Shown here: piece by piece, positions 31,797 through 39,141 of the stretch | How positions within the stretch are numbered: position 1 is the first letter of the stretch | Layout of the letters: each line of letters begins with the position of its first letter | Virus record (IMG/VR): IMGVR_UViG_3300037493_005316 | Direction: 5' to 3' (one strand) | Source of the DNA: an uncultured virus (IMG/VR IMGVR_UViG_3300037493_005316) | Taxonomy: Duplodnaviria > Heunggongvirae > Uroviricota > Caudoviricetes | DNA: 61,644 nt | The notes under the pieces: model-generated | Database searches by the model: none | What the model was told of the DNA's origin: nothing | The model's input: the letters and a program-made list of their open reading frames with translations, nothing else | Program-made: the position numbers and the translations under genes

Positions 31797-32825
31797 TCAG
31801 TAACCCTCCACAGGAATGCTCGGAGGCAGGACGCGCTCGATCTCGCCCTGCGCGATGGTGATCTTGCAGCCCGCCGACCCGTTAATATTTCCGCTTCCAA
31901 CAGGTTGAGAAGCCGCGATCTGCTTCTGAACCGCTTCGTACGTCCCCTCGAACACGACGGCGCGAACAACGCGAACGTGCTCCTTCGGGCCGATGTCGGG
32001 CTTGGCAGCGGCGAGGATGTTCTTAGCTACTTCGAGGTGAGCGTCCGCACAGGGCGTCTCGCCGCACGAACAAGGCTTCCCGATGTGCGACGTGACGCGG
32101 TACACGCCGTTCAGATGGACAGGCTTCCCATCGATCAGGAGAGGGGTAGCGTTCGACGCGCTGCTCTCGAAGTCCTTGCGGATCTGCGCGCCTTCGTCGC
32201 CGAGCTTTTCAAGCTCTTGTACCCGTTCGGCCAACCGCTTCGCCTTCTGCTTGCTTTCAAACGCCTGCTTTGCGGCTTCTTCGTAGGCTTTTTCCCCAGC
32301 GGTCCCTGCGGAGAACAGGTTCAGTCGCCGTCGGTATGACAGCTCGTCATTCGCCCTCAGTGCTTCGACTTTTGCGGCAACGTGTGCCGCGCGCAGGCTC
32401 TCCAGCGTCTGCTTCTTGTCCTTCTCGAAAGCCTCATCCCCGCTACGACGATCTCGCAGAGTCACCGCGCGTAGCCACGCCTCGCGCAGCTTCGGATGCA
32501 CCTGCAACGCCGTGGCGGCCATGCTCCTTTCGAGCCACCGCATGAAGCGTGGAGAGGCCCACCCCTTAGGGTGTTCGTCCAGGCTGTTGCCCTCCACGAA
32601 CAAGCAGGGTTCGCCGAGGAACCACAGCGAGGTGGAGTTCATAATCCCGCCACCCTGCAAGAGCGGCACGGAGGGCGTTCCGACATCGTTCGTGATGCAC
32701 TCCCAGCCAAGGCAGCCCCACGACTGCATTTCGTGTTTCGACTTCGGAAACGGGAGATCAAGTACGAGATCCTTCAAGGCAGGCTCCAGGGTGAGGTGTC
32801 GTAACCAAAACGGACACAGCGTCAA
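31797..32825 (-). CDS. Hypothetical protein with coiled coil; start uncertain
   Basis: Long ORF in the operon direction. Confidence 0.55.
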   Translation of the reverse strand: MTLCPFWLRHLTLEPALKDLVLDLPFPKSKHEMQSWGCLGWECITNDVGTPSVPLLQGGGIMNSTSLWFLGEPCLFVEGNSLDEHPKGWASPRFMRWLERSMAATALQVHPKLREAWLRAVTLRDRRSGDEAFEKDKKQTLESLRAAHVAAKVEALRANDELSYRRRLNLFSAGTAGEKAYEEAAKQAFESKQKAKRLAERVQELEKLGDEGAQIRKDFESSASNATPLLIDGKPVHLNGVYRVTSHIGKPCSCGETPCADAHLEVAKNILAAAKPDIGPKEHVRVVRAVVFEGTYEAVQKQIAASQPVGSGNINGSAGCKITIAQGEIERVLPPSIPVEGY

Positions 32826-32871
32826 GTGGGTTTTTAGACCCCCCCGTCCGATCTTGAACGTGTCGTGCGTC

Positions 32872-33363
32872 CTACGTGATCGTGTTCAAAACGAGCGCGT
32901 ACCGAATCCCGCTCCTCACAGGAGAGACCGAGTGTTCCGGGCCCTGCTGCCCGTCGATCGAGGTGGGCATCACCAACACGTCCCCCCGTTCGAGGCGGAA
33001 CTTCCGGTACCTCGGGTCTGATGCGGCGACGGACGAGATGGCGCCACGCCACTCCCCGAACACCGTGATGACGGTTTGACCGTGGTTGTTCCGGGGATCC
33101 CGGTGTGCCTTCACCCCCTCGGTGGGGAGGTAGCGTTGAACGAACACCGTTGTCCATTCCTGCGGACTCAGCTCCATGAGGCGCAGAGCGATCGGCTTTA
33201 TGTGCTCAGGAATAAGCCCGTACTCCTTACCGTAAGCCGCGCCGAACATGCGAAACGAGAAGTTACCCAGCCACTCGGGCACAGGCTTGTAGTCCAGCGT
33301 TGGGGCCCACGCTTCGAGCGTTTCCAGCTCGGCTAGGGTGAGGTACGAGGAGAGGATGTTCAC
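32872..33363 (-). CDS. AlkB-like 2OG-Fe(II) dioxygenase
   Basis: QRY...GV.AHRD, G...M......HSV and RYAL give the HxD...H...R triad. Confidence 0.8.
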   Translation of the reverse strand: MNILSSYLTLAELETLEAWAPTLDYKPVPEWLGNFSFRMFGAAYGKEYGLIPEHIKPIALRLMELSPQEWTTVFVQRYLPTEGVKAHRDPRNNHGQTVITVFGEWRGAISSVAASDPRYRKFRLERGDVLVMPTSIDGQQGPEHSVSPVRSGIRYALVLNTIT

Positions 33364-33593
33364 GTGTCCGCCTCAGGTTTCCATCGATCGATGAGCGCGA
33401 GGGCCCCGACGTTAAACGCGACACTAAACAGCAGCAGTCCCGCAGCCACCAGGGGCCACCAGTGGATGTCCGTTCGACGTTCACATGGCGCTATCGCTTC
33501 GGAGCCGAGGAACGCAACCCAGTAGATCGGCTGCATGACGATGACGTTCGCGAGGCGTTTCCGCGTTTTGTACGAGAGGTGCGAGAGATCCAT
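33360..33593 (-). CDS. Small two-TM membrane protein
   Basis: GGAG RBS and two hydrophobic segments. Confidence 0.5.
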   Translation of the reverse strand: MDLSHLSYKTRKRLANVIVMQPIYWVAFLGSEAIAPCERRTDIHWWPLVAAGLLLFSVAFNVGALALIDRWKPEADT

Positions 33594-33892
33594 CAGGTGT
33601 TCTCCACAAGGTCCGAGCGTCCAAGCAGCGTGAGCGCCTCGCTCAATGAAAAGCGGGTGCGGGCGAGGAATTCGTCCGACCGATTCGACGGCAGCGGCTC
33701 GTACTCCCACGTCAGGTCGCGGTTCAGACAGTCCCCCCGCCACAGAGCGACCCACAGGCCCTTGAGCGGCACTCGAAGCTCCAGCGTTACCGTCTCCGGC
33801 TTCGTGTGGAAGTATTTCTCAACGAAGAGCTTTTCATGGACTTTCGGACTCGGCGCGATCTCGAACCGGGTGGCGTGTTGGAGCAAGCTCAT
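33593..33892 (-). CDS. Hypothetical protein
   Basis: Overlap chain. Confidence 0.55.
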   Translation of the reverse strand: MSLLQHATRFEIAPSPKVHEKLFVEKYFHTKPETVTLELRVPLKGLWVALWRGDCLNRDLTWEYEPLPSNRSDEFLARTRFSLSEALTLLGRSDLVENT

Positions 33893-34134
33893 CCTTCCGT
33901 CCTCGCCACCAGATGACCCAGTTCGGTTCCAGAGATCGGGCTGTAGGTTTCCAACTTCAAGTCGACGTCTCGGAACGAAAGACGGTAATGCCCCTTGGGC
34001 AGTTGCGGGCAGAACACCAACGAGAAGATCAGTTCTCGCCAAAGAAGGTGCTCGCTGCGCACAAGGTGCTGGGTTTCCCCCTCGGGACTCACGCAGAGCA
34101 ACAGGGGCGAATCAACGGCCATGTTCATGCTCAT
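33889..34134 (-). CDS. Hypothetical protein
   Basis: ATGA overlaps at both ends. Confidence 0.45.
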   Translation of the reverse strand: MSMNMAVDSPLLLCVSPEGETQHLVRSEHLLWRELIFSLVFCPQLPKGHYRLSFRDVDLKLETYSPISGTELGHLVARTEG

Positions 34135-34613
34135 ACGTCTTCCTCTTCATTGACCCAGGCGTAACGCACTTCGTACTCACTCACGTACACGCGGCCACCA
34201 ACAATATCGGAGAGTTCCTTTAGAAGTTCTCCTACCGTCACGTTGGGGTCGAGGAAGTAGGACTGGTCGTTGAGCGGCTCAAGATCACTTGATCTGGCCC
34301 TCGACGCGACGTGCATGGCGAGACCGTCGGCGTGGGCCATAATCACGGGGGAGGTGACAAAGTTTTCTCGGGTCTCGCCTTGGAGAACCAAGCGAACCGT
34401 GACCCCCTGGAAAGTACACGTAGCTTGAAGCCCCTGTGACGGCGGGCGACGAGCCACCTCTTCGGCGCTGGCGTGCCCTTGCGAGGCGAGAAGAAGTGCG
34501 GCACGGTCTACGTCGCCTTCCGATGCCTCGAACGCCTTGCGGCACCGCAGGAAGCCCGCTTCGGGGAAACGCAAGACGAGATCCTTCAATTGCTCAACGG
34601 TCATCGGTGTCAT
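34131..34613 (-). CDS. tsf: Divergent short elongation factor Ts-like protein
   Basis: LKDL...GFL.CRKA...SEGD.DRA...L...G (UBA-like N-domain), ET..NFV, LAMHVA and L.DQ.Y..DP..TV.ELL. Confidence 0.75.
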   Translation of the reverse strand: MTPMTVEQLKDLVLRFPEAGFLRCRKAFEASEGDVDRAALLLASQGHASAEEVARRPPSQGLQATCTFQGVTVRLVLQGETRENFVTSPVIMAHADGLAMHVASRARSSDLEPLNDQSYFLDPNVTVGELLKELSDIVGGRVYVSEYEVRYAWVNEEEDV

Positions 34614-34902
34614 GTCTTCCTCGAAGCAGAGCTTCCGTCCAACGTTCCTCTGGCGGCTTCCACGTACTCGGCGGCATCGGCGACCCGAAAGTCTCGCGCC
34701 ACGCGGATGCCACGACCGCGTCGTTCTCCGCGATCTGTTCGCCGGTCTGAAACCGAAGGGCCGCGTTCTCGTCTCGGTAACTCTTGCACCCAGAAGCGCA
34801 CTCCCACGCGTTCGACGGCGCGTCCAGGGTGCGTCCGCCGCGCGCGACTCGCCGAATGCGCGTGAACAGCTTTACGGGGCCTTGGCACTTGGGGCAGTTC
34901 AT
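34594..34902 (-). CDS. Zn-ribbon protein
   Basis: CPKC...WEC...C. Confidence 0.5.
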   Translation of the reverse strand: MNCPKCQGPVKLFTRIRRVARGGRTLDAPSNAWECASGCKSYRDENAALRFQTGEQIAENDAVVASAWRETFGSPMPPSTWKPPEERWTEALLRGRHDTDDR

Positions 34903-35201
34903 GGTGAGGTCTCGGAAGCCTTCGCGTAGATCGCGCCGTACATCGCTCCTGTCAAACGCTTGCTCAGCACGTCGTGCTCGTCGATGAGACGCGTGCTCTC
35001 AGCGAGTAGCGCGCTCCACTCAAAGGTCACACTCTCGGGTCGAGGTTCCGCCGCACGATTCGCAGCTCTGGAAACAACCGTGCGCATCCCGTGGCTGTTC
35101 AAAAGGATGCGTTGGCTAAGCTTGCGTAGCTCTTCGTGAAGTTCGAGAACCTCCGCGCGTGCAGCGACAAAATCGAGATCGGCTCCCGTGTGGTCAATCA
35201 T
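34899..35201 (-). CDS. Hypothetical protein
   Basis: Overlap chain. Confidence 0.5.
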   Translation of the reverse strand: MIDHTGADLDFVAARAEVLELHEELRKLSQRILLNSHGMRTVVSRAANRAAEPRPESVTFEWSALLAESTRLIDEHDVLSKRLTGAMYGAIYAKASETSP

Positions 35202-35650
35202 TTCGACCCCCGATTCGCCCGGATCGTCGTCCGCACCGACATGAGCACCTTCCCGAGCCAGTCACGCCCGCCGGGGAAGTTCGGCCCGCCGCCCCACCAC
35301 TTGTCCGCGCAGTTTTCGTGAATCGAGCGTTCACCTGTTTCGAGCAGTAGGTTCCGCAAGTACGGGCTCTGCTCGAACTTGGCGAGGTTCACGCCCAGCA
35401 TGATGTCGTACTTCACGTTGTCCCAGTCAGAGCGAAGCTTGCAGTTTCGGCCGAGCTTCTTCACCGCGCGGGGATCCGACGCAGCTCGAACCTGCTTCCG
35501 GTACTCCGAGTCATCGGACTTGTAGTACATGAACGCCTGCTCGGTGTTCGCCCACTTGTGGCCGTCGTACAGGAAGTCGGCGGGAAACCAGTTCGAGAAC
35601 TCGCCGTACTCGCTTTGGGTGCCGTAGAAGAGGATGGGACTGGTGCTCAT
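35198..35650 (-). CDS. NADAR (YbiA-like) family protein
   Basis: YGEFSNWF, TEQAF...K, KKLGR, AKFEQ...LL.TG...I.E, D.WWG and N/D.LGKVLM.VR. Confidence 0.9.
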   Translation of the reverse strand: MSTSPILFYGTQSEYGEFSNWFPADFLYDGHKWANTEQAFMYYKSDDSEYRKQVRAASDPRAVKKLGRNCKLRSDWDNVKYDIMLGVNLAKFEQSPYLRNLLLETGERSIHENCADKWWGGGPNFPGGRDWLGKVLMSVRTTIRANRGSK

Positions 35651-35931
35651 GGTTTCTCCGCCAGCTCGGGCTTCGAGTAGTACGCCCAGTAGTGTTCGGT
35701 GTGGCACTTTCGCAGCGATTCCGACGGAAAGCGGCGTTGGGCCTCCCGCCACACGGAATCTCGATTCCCGTCAGCTCGCGGCTCCTTGAGAGCGAACACG
35801 ATACGCTCGGGATCGATGACCCGCTCGGGCGGCTGCTTGGTGGGATTCCCGCCGAAGGCCCACTGAACGCGAACGCGAATCTCTTCTGGCACGACCAGAT
35901 CGGCTACCTCGGCTCCCATGTGATCGATCAT
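35647..35931 (-). CDS. Hypothetical protein
   Basis: Overlap chain. Confidence 0.5.
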   Translation of the reverse strand: MIDHMGAEVADLVVPEEIRVRVQWAFGGNPTKQPPERVIDPERIVFALKEPRADGNRDSVWREAQRRFPSESLRKCHTEHYWAYYSKPELAEKP

Positions 35932-36371
35932 GGCATTTCCCACGGCGGAACGGGTTTCGGCTCTTCGGGCGTCTCAGGCGTGAAACGGTCTCGCAAAGGC
36001 TTCGGAAGGAACTGACCGAGCGTCTCCCACCACGTCTTCTTCTCGTCGCGAAGCTTCATCCACCAGCGTGAATTCGCGGCTTCGTACGCGCGTGCAGCTT
36101 CGGCATGCTCGGGGCAGAAAGTTCCGCTAAACGTAGCGCGCCACCCCGAGTGCTGCGGCGGCGGTGTTTCGTATCCGATGCCCCTCTCCCAGAGAGCCGC
36201 GTGCGTGGGGTTTTTCGCCTCGTATTCAGGGTGGGGCGTCCACTCGGGCGGCATCACGTGGTACTCACCCGGCGGGAACCACACCGTGGCGATTCGCACG
36301 TGTGCGTCGCACGTATCGATCGCGCAACGGTACTCTCGAACGACGCGCGTGGTGTCCTTACGGCGCTTCAT
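35928..36371 (-). CDS. Hypothetical protein
   Basis: AAGGAG RBS and ATGA overlap. Confidence 0.55.
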   Translation of the reverse strand: MKRRKDTTRVVREYRCAIDTCDAHVRIATVWFPPGEYHVMPPEWTPHPEYEAKNPTHAALWERGIGYETPPPQHSGWRATFSGTFCPEHAEAARAYEAANSRWWMKLRDEKKTWWETLGQFLPKPLRDRFTPETPEEPKPVPPWEMP

Positions 36372-37222
36372 GACCCGTACTCCTTGACGCACGCGCGCAT
36401 CGTGTTGTCGTGAAGATCAAGTACCTTCCTGAGTGGGCGCACGTACCCCCCAGCAAGATTCCAGACGACCGGAACCTGCATCGCGTGCAGCCAGCGGAAC
36501 ACGATCCGGTCCCGCTCCAGCAGTTGCTCGGTCGAGAGGACTCCCCGACCGAAGGGATCCTCAGAGTGGGGATCTGCACCGGCTTGGTAGAGCACGAGTC
36601 CACACCCTGCAAACGACTTCACGATGTCGGGCAACCTCTGAAGCCACGCATCCCCGTCACCGCGATGGATACGTTCGTCCCCGTACGAGTAGTGCTGGAC
36701 GTTCGGATCTACCCCCGCCCGACGCCCTTGGTCGATGATATCGTCCGTACCGTTTCCGTAGTGCTCGTCCAGGTCGAGGACCCCGATCCTGTCGGTGTAT
36801 CCATCGGCCCTCAACGCAAGCACAGTCACCATCAGCCCGTTGAACGTGCAGAATCCCTCACAGCGATTGTATGAGGCGTGGTGAAACCCGCTCGTAGGCG
36901 ACACAGCGACGGGGACGCGTTCCTGCACCACAAATCGCCCCGCTGACAGCATCGACCCCGTTGTCCATGGCAAGGCATGGGCCACTGCTCTGGAACGGGT
37001 GCCGAAGCCGTTTGCGCGGGTCAGATTTAAGACCCCTCGAACGAAATCCGGATCGTGGGCGCGATCGAAGTCTTCGAGCGTCGCGGGGACCGGTTCGTGG
37101 ATCTGGAAGGGGAAGTTTTGGGTCCGCCACGACGCGACCACCTCGGCGGGCTTCTTGGCGGACGGGCTCGCGCCGACGTGTTCCGTGACGACTTGTCTGG
37201 GGTCATAGAAAACAGGAATCAT
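36368..37222 (-). CDS. Histone deacetylase (Zn-dependent HDAC/AcuC) family protein
   Basis: GFHHA, GFCTFN, LDLDEHYGNGT, YQAGADPH..DPFG and LAGGY. Confidence 0.92.
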   Translation of the reverse strand: MIPVFYDPRQVVTEHVGASPSAKKPAEVVASWRTQNFPFQIHEPVPATLEDFDRAHDPDFVRGVLNLTRANGFGTRSRAVAHALPWTTGSMLSAGRFVVQERVPVAVSPTSGFHHASYNRCEGFCTFNGLMVTVLALRADGYTDRIGVLDLDEHYGNGTDDIIDQGRRAGVDPNVQHYSYGDERIHRGDGDAWLQRLPDIVKSFAGCGLVLYQAGADPHSEDPFGRGVLSTEQLLERDRIVFRWLHAMQVPVVWNLAGGYVRPLRKVLDLHDNTMRACVKEYGS

Positions 37223-37228
37223 GCCGGT

Positions 37229-37256
37229 AGCGTAACCTGTACGGATACGCTGTCAA
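37229..37256 (-). promoter_or_regulatory. Sigma70-like, probably leaderless promoter with palindromic operator
   Basis: TTGACA-N16-TACGCT-N6-ATG. GTAACC-N5-GGATAC at 37232-37248. Confidence 0.55.
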
Positions 37257-37540
37257 GTATTGAGCGCGGACGCGAACGCCGCGAACCCTGCCGCGAACGC
37301 CTTCCGCATCTGCGCGTTGCTCGCGGCGCTGGCGGCGTCTCGCGCCTCTTCCCGAAGGACGTGGGCGGACGAGGAGTAGTTCGGGATGGCGATTTCGCCG
37401 TCTTGAGCCGATCCCCCCTTCGCGATGAGCAGTTCCCAGGTGACGGTCTCCCCGTAGGAAGTGCGCTTTTCGAGGATTCGTTCGTCGGCCTCCAACGTGT
37501 AGCCGTTGTCTTTCGTGATCGTGACGATTCGCAGGGTCAT
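37253..37540 (-). CDS. Hypothetical protein
   Basis: GGAG RBS and ATGA overlap. Confidence 0.55.
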   Translation of the reverse strand: MTLRIVTITKDNGYTLEADERILEKRTSYGETVTWELLIAKGGSAQDGEIAIPNYSSSAHVLREEARDAASAASNAQMRKAFAAGFAAFASALNT

Positions 37541-39141
37541 TTGTTGCTCCAGTTTGTTGGCGAGATGGGCGCGGGCGTCGGAGGTTTCGTTTTCGCGTAC
37601 CAGTACGCCACGCGCTTCTTCGCGATCTCGGCGTACGGACCCTCGCGTTCGATACCGATGACGGGGAAGCCCTCGATCAGCGCGGCGCAGGCTGTCGTGC
37701 CCGAGCCGAGGAAGGGATCGATGACCTTCCCCCCCGGCGGGGTTACGAGCCGCAGCACCCACGACATCAACCTCAACGGCTTCACGGTTATGTGGTTGTT
37801 CACGCGCTTCTGGCCCTCGACGGGCTCCAAGCCTTCATCCCGGTCCTTCGGACTCACCTTCGTTTCGTAGAACATGGGGAGGTCGTCGGCGTCCATCGCC
37901 CAGTCGAACGTGGGGAAAAAGCGATCAACGGTGCCTTCGTCGCCGTACTCCGTCATCTTTTTGCCGACGAGCGTGTCGTCCGCACCGTACACGTTGCTGT
38001 CCTTCGCCTTGCGCTTCACAGCGCCGATTCCAGACTTCTTGACCCCATTCACGTCAGCGAGGGTTCGGACAGCGCACCAGGGCACGCATGCGTAGAGAGA
38101 AACGATTTCGTTGCCGTCGGCGTCACCAAGACCTACAGGGTCTCCAAGCTCCGCCTCATCGGCACCTCGGTACCCACCGCTGTACTGACCGCCGGTCTTC
38201 CACGAGCCACTCTTGGTCCCGGTAATCGCCTTCACCCTCCGGTCACCAATTCTGACACACTCGGGCGCGTGAGTGAGCAAGAAGTCCTTAGGGTGGCGGC
38301 CCTTTTTCTGCCCTTCGTTCTGATGTGTCTCCTGCGCCGCGGAGTCTCCGTAGACACCTTTTGAAACAGCGGACTCGGCGCCGCGGCTGTGGGTGCTCGT
38401 CTCATCCGTTCCCTTCGTGCGACAGGCGCCGATGTTCAGAACGCCCGTGCCCCACTTGAGCACGTGCTCCGCGATGGTCCCGTCCAGAGGCTTTCGCGCG
38501 AGAATGATGGGTTCGTGAGACGGCGACAGGTCGTCACCGAAATCGGACCATTCTGCGGATGCGGACGAGCCAGGAGCCGTGATCGTCGCTCCGTTTTCCG
38601 TGCGATCACAGACGTTACCCGTGTCATCGAGAGCGCCGACAGACCCAGAAGTGTACAGCCGGTTCGGGCGCACGCGAGACGCGTCGAAGCCTACGACCGC
38701 ACGCTCAGTTCCGAGGTATTCGTCGATACGCTTGGACGTATCGCGGCCCTTTGGCAGCCCTTTCGATTGGACCCAAGAAATCGTTCCACGGGACTCGAAT
38801 CCTGCGAGACGCAACGACAGGCCCATCAGGTCTACGGTCTTCGCCCCCGCGAAGCAGGCGATCCACCCTCCGGGCTTCAACACCCGATAGACCTCTCTCC
38901 AGATGTGCGGGCCCGGAACGAACGAGTCCCACTCGGCACCCATGAAGCCGCTCTGTCCTGGTGAGTAGTGTAGACCCGAGAGCCATGCCTTCAGCATATC
39001 CTCGGCGTCTGGCTCTTTCCCGAGCCCGTAGGGAGGGTCGGTTACGGCCGCATCGAGGGTGTTGTCGGGGAGCTGGCGAAGGACGTCCAGGCAGTCCCCT
39101 CGGAACACCTTCGCACGGAACGGTTTGGAGAGATCGATCAC
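37537..39141 (-). CDS. DNA methyltransferase, N4-C/N6-A, beta class
   Basis: N-terminal TDPPY, H.TVKP and C-terminal DPFLGSGTT. Confidence 0.92.
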   Translation of the reverse strand: MIDLSKPFRAKVFRGDCLDVLRQLPDNTLDAAVTDPPYGLGKEPDAEDMLKAWLSGLHYSPGQSGFMGAEWDSFVPGPHIWREVYRVLKPGGWIACFAGAKTVDLMGLSLRLAGFESRGTISWVQSKGLPKGRDTSKRIDEYLGTERAVVGFDASRVRPNRLYTSGSVGALDDTGNVCDRTENGATITAPGSSASAEWSDFGDDLSPSHEPIILARKPLDGTIAEHVLKWGTGVLNIGACRTKGTDETSTHSRGAESAVSKGVYGDSAAQETHQNEGQKKGRHPKDFLLTHAPECVRIGDRRVKAITGTKSGSWKTGGQYSGGYRGADEAELGDPVGLGDADGNEIVSLYACVPWCAVRTLADVNGVKKSGIGAVKRKAKDSNVYGADDTLVGKKMTEYGDEGTVDRFFPTFDWAMDADDLPMFYETKVSPKDRDEGLEPVEGQKRVNNHITVKPLRLMSWVLRLVTPPGGKVIDPFLGSGTTACAALIEGFPVIGIEREGPYAEIAKKRVAYWYAKTKPPTPAPISPTNWSNK

